Shown in pieces: positions 40,325-49,786 of a stretch of DNA of 64,000 nt; position 1 is the first letter of the stretch; every line of letters starts with the position of its first letter. The notes under the pieces are model-generated. The model saw only the letters and a list, made by a program, of their open reading frames with translations, ran no database searches and was not told the origin of the DNA. Origin of the DNA: a virus. The stretch covers positions 2,630 to 66,629 of IMG/VR virus record IMGVR_UViG_3300021356_000014; one strand, written 5' to 3'. The translations under genes and the position numbers were made by a program.

Positions 40325-40690
40325 CTATTCATAAGCCTCAATATAATATTGTAATATCTTCTTGAAAATCTCAATCTGATTGATGTCAGTGGTATTGATA
40401 GCTATCCAAAATTTGTAGATAAGGTTTATATCATCCCTAGACTCCATTTCATTTATTTTGACAAAGCCTAGTATCGGATAGAAGCTGCGTTTGTCCTTAA
40501 AATTTGGAGTTAACGCACTAGCGTAGTGTAAGGATTTCTCTAAATCCTGCTTCCCATTTTTATTTCTATGCCTAATTAAATACTTAAAGATATTGCCTTC
40601 TTCAAATGACAGACCGTTATCTTTAATAAAAACGATGGGCTGATATTGCATTTGGTAATGGTTGCCTCCTATTTGAGTGGTAGTATCCAT
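40325..40690 (-). CDS. DUF3310-like protein (T7 gp1.7 nucleotide kinase-like)
   Basis: QIGGNHY..QPI..F.EGNIFKYLIR..KNGKQDLEKSLHY. Confidence 0.8.
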   Translation of the reverse strand: MDTTTQIGGNHYQMQYQPIVFIKDNGLSFEEGNIFKYLIRHRNKNGKQDLEKSLHYASALTPNFKDKRSFYPILGFVKINEMESRDDINLIYKFWIAINTTDINQIEIFKKILQYYIEAYE

Positions 40691-40815
40691 TTTATTTAGT
40701 TTTTTGATTCGAGTGTAAGATAATAGTTTATTTTGGAATATGCAAGAGATAAATAAAAAAAAATATTGACCGCACTTGCGGGCAATATTTTACAAGAAAC
40801 AACAACTATATAAAA

Positions 40816-41379
40816 TCAACTTATGTTTTTGGCATCTATCAAGTTATAAAATGATTTGTAAACCTTTGAAGTTAGATCAGTAGACTTAACCCCTAGCTTT
40901 TCATCATCCTCATATATAATATGATACTTCTGTGAGAACTTTTCTAGGTCGTTTATTGAGTTTTTAGGAATGAAAACAATAAACAAGAGGGCTTCGCCTA
41001 ATCTATTTTCTCTCACCCATAATAGCCCTACTTGTTTATTTACTGATGAAGCTCTCTCTGCATCTCTTTGGCACTGCTGCCAAAATCTCTCAACTTGCGC
41101 TAATATCTTTTTTATCTTACCCTCTGCTTCATCATAATGTCTTCGTAACCCTAAGTCTTTATAGTGCTTAACCTCTATTTGAAAGGGAAACTTATCTCTA
41201 AATTCTGCATTAGTGCAGACAACATCACCACATATTAAAGGCTGTATAGTTTTTGATACGTACCTTAGGCCGCCTGATGCGGGCACTCTAACAAACTCTT
41301 CACCAGTCCACTCCTCTAATATTGAACAGACTTTTCTTTCTGCATTTTGGCCTTTTGTTCTACTATTTCTTCTCTGCAT
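40816..41379 (-). CDS. PD-(D/E)XK nuclease, Holliday junction resolvase-like
   Basis: NSRTKG..ER, RVPASGG, GDV, IEVK. Confidence 0.8.
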   Translation of the reverse strand: MQRRNSRTKGQNAERKVCSILEEWTGEEFVRVPASGGLRYVSKTIQPLICGDVVCTNAEFRDKFPFQIEVKHYKDLGLRRHYDEAEGKIKKILAQVERFWQQCQRDAERASSVNKQVGLLWVRENRLGEALLFIVFIPKNSINDLEKFSQKYHIIYEDDEKLGVKSTDLTSKVYKSFYNLIDAKNIS

Positions 41380-41507
41380 AGAAAAATGTTACACCTCAAT
41401 GGATACTCAGAATACTAAGATTTAAAAGTGCGGTATTAGGTATCTTAGAGATGTAACAGTTATCTAACCATATTCGCCACTCTGACCAACGTACCATAAC
41501 CTTTCAA

Positions 41508-41661
41508 GACAAATATAAGCTATTTTCTACCTCTTGTCAAGTTTTAGGCCAAGTTTTTTTAATTTTTTTTTATTTTCATGGTGAAAAATAAAAAATATGT
41601 TAAAATATGTTAAAATTTTTAAATGGCCTTGACTTTAAGAAAAAAAAGCTGTAACTTTGCC
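41508..41661. promoter_or_regulatory. divergent promoter pair
   Basis: Minus strand TTGACA..TATATTTG (about 41540 to 41510); plus strand TTGACT-N17-TAACTTTG (41629-41659). Confidence 0.65.
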
Positions 41662-41993
41662 ATGCTTACATAGCATACAAGCAAGCAGCTTTCAACAAAT
41701 GCAACGCAAGCACTTAATCAGAATGTCTTTAAGAAAAGAATAAAAAATTCTTCTCTCACAAAGATAAATAGCCGCACCCTATCTCACAGCGAATGGCTGT
41801 TAAGGAAGGCTCCTTAAAATCCTCTAGTTAGATAATTAATAGAATATTTTTTTTTAAAAAGTCAAGGTATATTATAATAGTAAGCTAATGCTATAATGCT
41901 GACTAGAAAATAATATAATAATTCTGCCTCGCAAATTTGCATTTTAAAAAAACTATCCATAAATTGTGGCTATTACTAAATAAAAATAAAATT

Positions 41994-42332
41994 ATGATTT
42001 GGCCGCAAAATTACAGCGTATCCGAGAAAGGATTTTTTCAAGTATTAGATGACACTAGGTTTGATACTCAACCTGCTTCTATTGACATCCCTATTTATCA
42101 AATTCATAAGGAGTCAAATAGGGTAGTAAATATTTACAACCATCCTTCTGAAATAGATATCTTATCTAAATCTCAAATACGGGGTTTAGTACGATTTGAT
42201 GAGGATGTGGAAAAAGGTAAGCCAACAGAAGAAGTAGGTATGTTAGAAACTACTAAATATTTATACTTACATTATATGTTGGTAGATATAGATAATAGAA
42301 GACCATTTTGTAATACAAGAAATAACAAATAA
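41994..42332 (+). CDS. hypothetical protein
   Basis: ATG 41994 after an AT-rich leader; first gene of the replication operon. Confidence 0.6.
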   Translation: MIWPQNYSVSEKGFFQVLDDTRFDTQPASIDIPIYQIHKESNRVVNIYNHPSEIDILSKSQIRGLVRFDEDVEKGKPTEEVGMLETTKYLYLHYMLVDIDNRRPFCNTRNNK

Positions 42333-42337
42333 TAGAT

Positions 42338-43702
42338 ATGCACAAAGAATTTGAAAGAGATATTGTACGATATCTTGTACAAGAGAATCAAGGTATTGAG
42401 TATATAAAGCAGATCGACTCCGATTATTTTAACCATGAGGAGAATAAGTTTGCTTTTACCTACATGAAGCAGTATGTAGAGCAAAATAAATTTATACCTC
42501 CTAGAAACTCCTTCTACCGATTTGTTTATGAGGAGCTATCCTTGACCGAAGAGAATACAAAAATAGATGAGATTATAAAGGATATTTATAAGCCTTATGA
42601 ATCGGTTAGGGCTGAGTTATTTTTAACAGTAAAAGAGTATTTACAGAAGCAATCAATAATCAAGTTATTAGCTTCTATTGAAGATTTATCCTCTTTGACC
42701 GATCAAGAATATTCCAAGATTGCAAACAACCTATCTGCTATTGCGAAACTAGATTCTAATGAGAATTTATATCCTGCCGACAAGTTTGTTCGTAAGGATT
42801 TTACATCTTTAATGCCTTCTTATGAATTGAGTGTACCTTCTTTTTTAGATGGTTTAAATAGTTTAAGAACTACTGGCGGTTTTCAAAGTCCTGAGTTATC
42901 AGTAATTGTATCAGGAGCAAAAGGCTTTAAGACTGGTATGCTTCTTAATCTAGCGGTAGATTATATGTTGAAGGGTATGAATATAATTTATATAGATTGT
43001 GAGAATGGTGTAGATCAGATTAATGCCCGCATAAAGCAGATTATTGCAGGCAATTGCACCCATAAGGAGTTATATGATAAGGAGATACAAGAGAATTTGC
43101 GTAAGCGTATGCAGTTTTTAGATAGTAATTTCTTGACTGAAACTGGGGATATTGCTATCTGTTATGTCCCTAGTGGTAGTCATTTTGATGTAGTAGAAGC
43201 TAAGATTGAGGAAAAGATTAGGGATGGATTTAGGCCAGACATATTAATTTATGATTACATTGATAAGTTTACATCAGGCTCTCATAAGGGGCATGAAGAC
43301 AGTCAGAAGAATTATGATCGTGCGATTGTATTGAATAATAAGTTTAATACATTTAGTTTTACGGTATCTCAGACTAATCGTGATGGGTTAGAAGCTACTA
43401 CCTTAACTGCTGCAAATTTAGCGAAGGATTTTCAGAAGGTATCTAATGCTCATGCTGTATTTGCATTAAATCGTAATCGCTTTGAGTTAGATAATGGGCT
43501 TGCGCATTTAACTCCGCTTGCACAGCGGGCAGGTGAGAGATATATTCAAGGAAAGAATGAGGTATTTTTAAGGATAGATGAGTCTATACAGTTAGTAGAG
43601 GAGATTACTGACCCTGTGGAGAAGATAAGATTATATGAGGAAATATTTGATACTGTTGTAGAGCATGATATTGATTTATCAGATAATATTGATATAATAT
43701 GA
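42338..43702 (+). CDS. DnaB-like replicative helicase
   Basis: Walker A SGAKGFKT, YIDCEN, IYDYID, TVSQTNR. Confidence 0.85.
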   Translation: MHKEFERDIVRYLVQENQGIEYIKQIDSDYFNHEENKFAFTYMKQYVEQNKFIPPRNSFYRFVYEELSLTEENTKIDEIIKDIYKPYESVRAELFLTVKEYLQKQSIIKLLASIEDLSSLTDQEYSKIANNLSAIAKLDSNENLYPADKFVRKDFTSLMPSYELSVPSFLDGLNSLRTTGGFQSPELSVIVSGAKGFKTGMLLNLAVDYMLKGMNIIYIDCENGVDQINARIKQIIAGNCTHKELYDKEIQENLRKRMQFLDSNFLTETGDIAICYVPSGSHFDVVEAKIEEKIRDGFRPDILIYDYIDKFTSGSHKGHEDSQKNYDRAIVLNNKFNTFSFTVSQTNRDGLEATTLTAANLAKDFQKVSNAHAVFALNRNRFELDNGLAHLTPLAQRAGERYIQGKNEVFLRIDESIQLVEEITDPVEKIRLYEEIFDTVVEHDIDLSDNIDII

Positions 43703-44682
43703 CAACAAAGATATTTAATTTTCTTCAAGATAAGTTACAATTTCAATCGACGTGTACTGATTGGTACAGATTTAAGCATATAGAGTCTAAATCTTATTCT
43801 AAGAATTGTGCGTACAATCCTTCTATTGATACTGTTATAAACTTCTCTACAAAGTATAATTTTAAGTCTATGTCAGGCTTTAAGTATGCTATGCGTTATA
43901 TCACAAAGCAAGATTATAATAGTACAAAAGCTATAATTGCTAGATATGATGGTGTAGATTTTGATAGGGATAGAGCAGCTTTATATCGTTTAAATACTGC
44001 TAGTTATAAAGATAATTACGTAGGCAAGACTACAAGATACTTAAATAGTGTTTCTGAGAGTATTTTATCTAATTCAGATATTGCTATAGCTGCAAGGAAA
44101 TATCTTGAATCTAGGGGAATTAGTGATTATCAAGCTGATTTTTATGGGTTACGTGTGGGTATCAAGGATAAGTATCTTAACAGAGTTATTATACCTTTTT
44201 TTGAGGATAAAAAGATAGTCTATTTTAATGCTAGAGATTTTACTGGTACTAGTCGATTAAAGTATGTAAATCCTACTGAGGATGAAGCAGATTATAGTGC
44301 TAGAAGTTGTATTTATAATATAGACTGTTTAAATACTTATGATACTATCTATGTGGTTGAGGGAGCCTTTGATGCTATGATGGTAGGCAGTGATTGTATA
44401 GCTTTAGGTAGTTATACATTAAAGAGAGAGCAACTAGATAAGTTAATAAATACTTCAAAAAAACATTACATTTTTATTCCTGATTTTGAAGGTTATGAGC
44501 AATTTAAGAAGCAAGCTAAAAAATTGTGTGTATTTCATAAAGTATCAATGTTAGATACTAGAAATCTTGGGGAAGGTGACCCTTGCTTGTGGGGTAGAGA
44601 TAAGGTTTTATCTTGCCCGCAATTGTCTGCATTAGCTATCGAAAAAAAAGTTAAACAACAACAAAAATACTCATTTTTATGA
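43699..44682 (+). CDS. DNA primase (Toprim)
   Basis: YLESRGI, RVIIPF, YFNAR, KYVNP, VVEGAFDAM, PD, GDP. Confidence 0.85.
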   Translation: MTTKIFNFLQDKLQFQSTCTDWYRFKHIESKSYSKNCAYNPSIDTVINFSTKYNFKSMSGFKYAMRYITKQDYNSTKAIIARYDGVDFDRDRAALYRLNTASYKDNYVGKTTRYLNSVSESILSNSDIAIAARKYLESRGISDYQADFYGLRVGIKDKYLNRVIIPFFEDKKIVYFNARDFTGTSRLKYVNPTEDEADYSARSCIYNIDCLNTYDTIYVVEGAFDAMMVGSDCIALGSYTLKREQLDKLINTSKKHYIFIPDFEGYEQFKKQAKKLCVFHKVSMLDTRNLGEGDPCLWGRDKVLSCPQLSALAIEKKVKQQQKYSFL

Positions 44683-45413
44683 TTAGTATACAAGAAAGAG
44701 ATTTGAGGCTTTTATTAGTAAATAGAGGTTTCACAAAAAATGCTGCTGACAATCTTATAAAAGCGATAAAGAGGTCAGTAGATTCTAAGGTAACAAATGA
44801 GAGGTCAGATATTGAGAAGAGATATGGGATTAGTGCGGATACTATGGTTATCCATATGCTTTGGGAAAGATATTGTAAGTATATTAATATTGACCCTAAA
44901 TCAAGGTTAAGAGGTGACAGCCTTAGTTTAGTGAGGGATGCCTGCATTTGCTTGCAATATATTTGTATAGAATTAGGGATGGACTTAGATTTACAAACTA
45001 TAGACAGATTCTTAAAGTATGCACATTATATTAGTGAGAAGTCTGGCTATACTAGATTATCATTGAGAGCCTTATCTTATAATGTAGATAAGGTATTAGA
45101 ATTATTTAATAAAGCGAATATAGTAAAGGAATCTGGGGATTTCCCTTTGATACGTAGAATGCAGAGAAAATATGCAAGCTACTTAAAAATAAATATTGTG
45201 TCGGAGCTTGACAATGTAGAAAATATTTATTATTTTTATCAGGCCTTACAAAACATAAAAAGGCATACTTCCTATGATGAGAAGAGCAGCGAAAAAATTG
45301 TTGACCTGTTCATTCATAATAATATGTCTTACTGGAAGGATAAGGGGATAATACCTACTGCAAAGAATTTAGCTGATATAAAAGCATTATCATCACTAAG
45401 CAAATTAAAATAA
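44679..45413 (+). CDS. hypothetical protein
   Basis: 244 aa ORF with ATGA overlap. Confidence 0.65.
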   Translation: MISIQERDLRLLLVNRGFTKNAADNLIKAIKRSVDSKVTNERSDIEKRYGISADTMVIHMLWERYCKYINIDPKSRLRGDSLSLVRDACICLQYICIELGMDLDLQTIDRFLKYAHYISEKSGYTRLSLRALSYNVDKVLELFNKANIVKESGDFPLIRRMQRKYASYLKINIVSELDNVENIYYFYQALQNIKRHTSYDEKSSEKIVDLFIHNNMSYWKDKGIIPTAKNLADIKALSSLSKLK

Positions 45414-45752
45414 ATGATACAAAAGAAAATTAAGAGATACCAGTTTGATATTCTTCAAGAGAATATACATACCGATAATGATGCGCCTGTTGGGGCTAGT
45501 ATGAAGCAGATATATAGTCAAAAGCTAGAAAATTATCTGCATAGTAATGGTATGAGTATCGAAAATTTAAGGCAAGACTACTCGAAAGAGCGTATGTCAG
45601 ATCGTATGAGAGGAAGATTATTGACAGCTTATACTCAAGCAGTTCATATATATTCTCCAGTTGGAAGAGATGTGTTAGCAGAAGAAATAGGAAAGACTGA
45701 AAGCGAATTAAATTCCTTATTGAAGTCATTAAGAAACAGAAAAGTACAATGA
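45414..45752 (+). CDS. hypothetical protein with possible C-terminal HTH
   Basis: RDVLAEEIGKTESELNSLLK. Confidence 0.55.
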   Translation: MIQKKIKRYQFDILQENIHTDNDAPVGASMKQIYSQKLENYLHSNGMSIENLRQDYSKERMSDRMRGRLLTAYTQAVHIYSPVGRDVLAEEIGKTESELNSLLKSLRNRKVQ

Positions 45753-47140
45753 AAATAAAGATAGATAATATACAAGGCATATGTGATTATACACATCCTA
45801 AATTTAAGTCTTTGAGAGAAGAATATAAGGTAGCTAATCCTGATTATTGGAGAGCAATAAGGATGTCATCTTATGCTCAGAAGTATTATTACTTTATAAC
45901 TCAAAAAGGTAAGTTTAGTTTAGGGCATTTGCCCGCAATTGTGCGCTTATGCGATCAACTAAACATCTCTATTGAGATTGATGATACTAGATTGCATAAG
46001 ACTATATTTAAACCTTTCAGTAATCAGTTAGGTGAGTACACATTATATGAGCATCAATATAAAGCATTAGAGCGTTCTAGTAATACCCTGACTATTTCTG
46101 GTCAAGATATTCCATATAATCGAGGTATATATAAGATGGCTACTAATAGCGGTAAATCCTTTATTATTGCAAGCAAATGCGTGCATCTAAATGAAGGGCA
46201 TAAAGCTGTAATATTTGTACATACAGTAGACCTACTAAACCAGTTCTTTAAAACACTAAAGAATTTCGGATTAAATGTGGGCGCATTCGGGGGCAAACAT
46301 AAAAAGACTTCTGTATTTCTTGAGTGTGATGTAATCATATCTACCTACAAGTCTTATCTATCTTATCACACAAAATCTAAAGAGGTAAAAGCATTCACAA
46401 ATTCAGTAGATTTACTGATTGTAGATGAATGCCACAGAGCATCAGCAAAAGATTATGCTAGAACTATTAAACTTTTTAAAAATTCAACAAATGTTTATGG
46501 CTTTAGCGGGACTCCCTTCAAGAATGTGATATTAGCAGATAAAACGGTTCAAGGATTATTCGGAGATATCCTCATGGAGGTAAGTAATGAGGATATGCAA
46601 AAGATAGGTGTATCCTTAACTCCTATCGTAAAGATGTATGAAGTAGAATGCGATTATTTTTATTCTTATCAAGAATCTTATGAGCAGAATATCGTATTTT
46701 CTCAAGCTAGAGTAGATAAGATGGCTGAATATATTAAGCATAATACAAATAGGCAAATTATAATACCTGTTAAGCGTTTAGATCATGGTAAGTTTATATA
46801 CAATGCTCTACATAAAATTTGTGATTGTAGATTTGTGTCAGCTAACCATAAATTTAGAGATTATTTATTTGAGCAGTATAGTAAAAAGGAGTACCAAGTT
46901 TTGATTACTACGCTTGGTCAAGAAGGATTAAACTTACCTATTGACACCTTAATTTATGCTAGAGCAGAAGAGTCGATTGTAAGCCTTCTTCAATATATAG
47001 GCAGAATATTAAGGCTAGAGGGCAATACTAAAAATATTGAGATTGTAGATTTCTATGATAAAGACAATAATAACCTAGAGAAGCATAGCAAGAAAAGACT
47101 TGAAATATATAAAAAAGAAAAATTTAAAACTAATATATAA
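45749..47140 (+). CDS. superfamily 2 helicase (UvsW-like)
   Basis: ATNSGKS, DECH, SGT, EGLNLP, QYIGRILR. Confidence 0.9.
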   Translation: MKIKIDNIQGICDYTHPKFKSLREEYKVANPDYWRAIRMSSYAQKYYYFITQKGKFSLGHLPAIVRLCDQLNISIEIDDTRLHKTIFKPFSNQLGEYTLYEHQYKALERSSNTLTISGQDIPYNRGIYKMATNSGKSFIIASKCVHLNEGHKAVIFVHTVDLLNQFFKTLKNFGLNVGAFGGKHKKTSVFLECDVIISTYKSYLSYHTKSKEVKAFTNSVDLLIVDECHRASAKDYARTIKLFKNSTNVYGFSGTPFKNVILADKTVQGLFGDILMEVSNEDMQKIGVSLTPIVKMYEVECDYFYSYQESYEQNIVFSQARVDKMAEYIKHNTNRQIIIPVKRLDHGKFIYNALHKICDCRFVSANHKFRDYLFEQYSKKEYQVLITTLGQEGLNLPIDTLIYARAEESIVSLLQYIGRILRLEGNTKNIEIVDFYDKDNNNLEKHSKKRLEIYKKEKFKTNI

Positions 47141-47159
47141 AAAATAAAAACTTAATAAA

Positions 47160-47366
47160 ATGGAAAGATTACCTGAGGAAGAAGTAGTTGTTAAAATCAG
47201 CGTTTGTAATAAATGCAATGGTATTGTAAGAACTGCTGTAAAACATATGATGGACAGAAAAAGTAATAACGATTTTGCAAAGGAGGTAATGGAATATAAC
47301 CTAAATGTGATAGAACTACCTTTGCTTGAATACCGAAATCAAAACGCTGATTGGTGCAAATGTTAG
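47160..47366 (+). CDS. small Cys-containing hypothetical protein
   Basis: 68 aa, CNKC..WCKC. Confidence 0.6.
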   Translation: MERLPEEEVVVKISVCNKCNGIVRTAVKHMMDRKSNNDFAKEVMEYNLNVIELPLLEYRNQNADWCKC

Positions 47367-47427
47367 TAGGTTTATTACCTAGAACGTTTAGTATAGCCGA
47401 TGTGGTTTAAACGATAAATTTAAAAAT

Positions 47428-47664
47428 ATGAATACAGATACTAAAAGCTATGACGGCGATACATTGTTAGGCGCATGTGCCTTAGATGATAAAATATTAG
47501 CTGAAGCGTTTGTTTTATTATTTGACCCGACTTGGAAGCGTAATTGGACAAATAAAGATAAGGCAAAAGAAATGCGCTCAATTATAAACGGACAAACGCA
47601 AGTATGTAGACCTTTTTTTAATTACGCAGAATGTATAGATTACCTAAGTAGGTATTGCGCCTAA
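47428..47664 (+). CDS. small cassette protein
   Basis: Starts in the hairpin loop; stop TAA lies in the CCTAAC end box. Confidence 0.6.
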   Translation: MNTDTKSYDGDTLLGACALDDKILAEAFVLLFDPTWKRNWTNKDKAKEMRSIINGQTQVCRPFFNYAECIDYLSRYCA

Positions 47665-47684
47665 CAAGGTATATCAGAAATATT

Positions 47685-47764
47685 GAAGATATTTTTTAGG
47701 ATTTGCTCGCAATTGCAAGCAAATATTTTTAACTTGCCTTGATTATATAATTAAAAACTAAAAA
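47685..47764 (+). promoter_or_regulatory. repeated promoter/operator element, copy 1
   Basis: ATATTTTTTAGGA-TTTGCTCGCAATTGCAAGCAAA-TATTTTTAACTTGC. Confidence 0.7.
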
Positions 47765-47977
47765 ATGGGATACAAAATTAAAAACGCAGAATTATCTGAT
47801 TTCTTTGAGGTGATGGATAGCCTTGAAAAACTACTAACAGATAGGATAAGTGATTTACATCAGGTAAAAGGAGGTATGCAAGCAAGACACGCATATATAC
47901 TTTACAGGAAATTACTATGGGAAGCTAAGGATATAATGAGAGATAACATCGAAGAAATTAAAACGGAAAGTAAGTAG
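47765..47977 (+). CDS. hypothetical protein
   Basis: 70 aa ORF directly after the promoter element. Confidence 0.6.
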   Translation: MGYKIKNAELSDFFEVMDSLEKLLTDRISDLHQVKGGMQARHAYILYRKLLWEAKDIMRDNIEEIKTESK

Positions 47978-48067
47978 AAAGAAAATAAATTATGAACTGG
48001 CAAGTAGTTTTAAAAAGACCCGTAACACGGCTATTTGCTATATTTTGTGTTATAGGGCGTTATTATT

Positions 48068-48295
48068 ATGAACTTATAATATGTACAAAACGGAAGAGGC
48101 TTAAAATTTATCAAAAAAGGAATGAAGTGTAAAAATACCTACTTAGGTAAGGTTGGGATAGTAAAAGGTGGAAATAGTAGTGGTAACATTGATGTATTAT
48201 TTGAAGGGGAAAAGAAAGCAGAAAATTGCCACCCAACTTGGGCGATGAAGTATTTTGATGAAAACGATAATGTTATTGCAGAGTATGGGCAGTAA
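48068..48295 (+). pseudogene. cassette gene with an in-frame TAA at codon 4 (or a 57-aa product from ATG 48122)
   Basis: ATG AAC TTA TAA TAT GTA..GGA ATG AAG TGT..NCHPTW..TAA, all in one frame. Confidence 0.5.
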
Positions 48296-48327
48296 ATGCC
48301 CTATAACAAGGTATATCAGACATATGA

Positions 48328-48409
48328 AAAATATTTTTTAGGATTTGCTTGCAATTGCGGGCAAATCTTTTTAACTTGCAATCATTAACTAATTAAAATA
48401 AAAAAAAAT
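48328..48409 (+). promoter_or_regulatory. repeated promoter/operator element, copy 2
   Basis: TTTGCTTGCAATTGCGGGCAAA 48344-48365; TTGCAA-N17-TAACTT. Confidence 0.7.
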
Positions 48410-48601
48410 ATGCTACGTTTAGTTGTTTTAGTAATTTATTGTAAGTTGCAAGCATTTGCTTGCGGGAGTATTGAATCTCCTGATACGTGTATGGAGATGG
48501 TATATGATACAACTAGATATGTAGTATCAATAGATTCATTCAAGTATAATACCTATATGGAGGAAGGGGTTTGTTTTATTCAAGTTGACACTTTAAAATA
48601 A
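48410..48601 (+). CDS. hypothetical small protein with hydrophobic N-terminus
   Basis: 63 aa ORF after the promoter element. Confidence 0.5.
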   Translation: MLRLVVLVIYCKLQAFACGSIESPDTCMEMVYDTTRYVVSIDSFKYNTYMEEGVCFIQVDTLK

Positions 48602-48607
48602 AAAGAT

Positions 48608-49786
48608 ATGAAACAGGAAAAAATATTAAAGGGGATTGCTTTCATTGAGATGGCTGTAGAAATATTAAAGCCACAATCATTGGAGCAAAAATGTAAAAAA
48701 GTATATACTAGAAACACCTATATTTCTTATGTGTTTCAATTCTTATCCATTTTAACTGGCTTGAGTTTTATAGCTTATGTAGGTAAGGAAATTAATGGAG
48801 TATTGTTTATCATATCTTCTTTAGTTTTATTCATTTTGCTTGCTATGATTGAGGCAGGTAAAAGGATACTAATAAAAGATATATCTAAACTTTATTTTTC
48901 TGAAAATGAAATAAAGTATATATCTTTATTTTTGTTGGTTGTTATATTAGCTGCTTCTGCTAGTATTAGTTACGTAGGAGGAAGTAAAATACCTTCTGTG
49001 ATTGTGTCAAGCCAGTCTATTGATTCAACTCAAGTAGCTGAGGTTATTCCTTCTATTCAACTAGACTATACTAGAACTCAACTAGATTCAATAGCTAAGT
49101 CAATCAGAAAGCAAGAAGCTACTACTTACAAAGGAAGGGTAACTAGGACGGCTAATAGAAACTTAAAAATACTATATGACCAACAATCACAATATCAAAG
49201 TACTCTTTTACAGTTAGAAAAGGAGCATCAAAAAAAGGTAGATGCTAGGAATCAGGCTTTATCTGCTATAAAAGAAACTAGAGATTTAAAGATACAGGGT
49301 GTCGGATTTATCTTTGGAGGAGTAGCTGTTTTTAGTGATATTATGTTAGTGTTTCTTTTATACTTTGCGTATAATTCCTTGAGCAAAGTTTATAAAAAAC
49401 ATCAAACTAGTACAATATTAGATGCGTATAATGTAACGTTAGAAGAAACGCTAGTTTTAGCTAAAGTGCCTGAAATCAATAAGTTACCTGAGCCTAAAGT
49501 AACGTTACAAGAAACGCAAGAGGAAAAAGTAACGTTACAAGAAACGCAAGAGGAAAAAGTAACGTTACAAGAAACGCAAGAGGAAAAAGTAGCGTTACAA
49601 GAAACGCAAGAGAAGCCTAGAAAAAACGTAAAGCTGCCTAAAACTAAAAAGGTTGAAGTAGTAAACAAAGAACCTAAACACAGACGTTGCGACAACTGTG
49701 GGGCATCGTATGCCTATAAAAGACCAAGTTCTAGGTTTTGTAGTTCAAAATGCAGATTAGAAAATCATAACCAAAAAAGAAAATAA
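48608..49786 (+). CDS. multi-TM coiled-coil protein with 10-aa repeats and C-terminal Zn finger
   Basis: About 4 hydrophobic segments, VTLQETQEEK x4, CDNC..FCSSKC. Confidence 0.7.
   Translation: MKQEKILKGIAFIEMAVEILKPQSLEQKCKKVYTRNTYISYVFQFLSILTGLSFIAYVGKEINGVLFIISSLVLFILLAMIEAGKRILIKDISKLYFSENEIKYISLFLLVVILAASASISYVGGSKIPSVIVSSQSIDSTQVAEVIPSIQLDYTRTQLDSIAKSIRKQEATTYKGRVTRTANRNLKILYDQQSQYQSTLLQLEKEHQKKVDARNQALSAIKETRDLKIQGVGFIFGGVAVFSDIMLVFLLYFAYNSLSKVYKKHQTSTILDAYNVTLEETLVLAKVPEINKLPEPKVTLQETQEEKVTLQETQEEKVTLQETQEEKVALQETQEKPRKNVKLPKTKKVEVVNKEPKHRRCDNCGASYAYKRPSSRFCSSKCRLENHNQKRK
49497..49612 (+). repeat. about 4 x 30-bp tandem repeat
   Basis: AAAGTAACGTTACAAGAAACGCAAGAGGAA unit. Confidence 0.9.

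Larger units (their letters stand above)
38446..40325 (-). mobile_element. integron-like cassette array A (3 cassettes)
   Basis: attC-like hairpins at 39331-39390, 39941-40041 and 40198-40325; terminal site 38446-38467. Confidence 0.75.
47160..48320 (+). mobile_element. integron-like cassette region B (two short runs)
   Basis: Hairpin 47377-47475; units GTTAGGCGCA(47466)..TGCGCCTAAC(47665) and GTTATAGGGC(48049)..GCCCTATAAC(48307), each followed by AAGGTATATCAGA. Confidence 0.7.

Noticed and set aside
41440-41500. tRNA on the minus strand (GGTCAGAGTGGCGAAT resembles a D-arm)
   Set aside because: No TTCGA T-loop and no acceptor stem at the proper spacing.
48068-48079. Stop-codon reassignment
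   Set aside because: Only one in-frame TAA interruption was seen. Long genes are intact under the standard code, and TAA, TAG and TGA all end genes.
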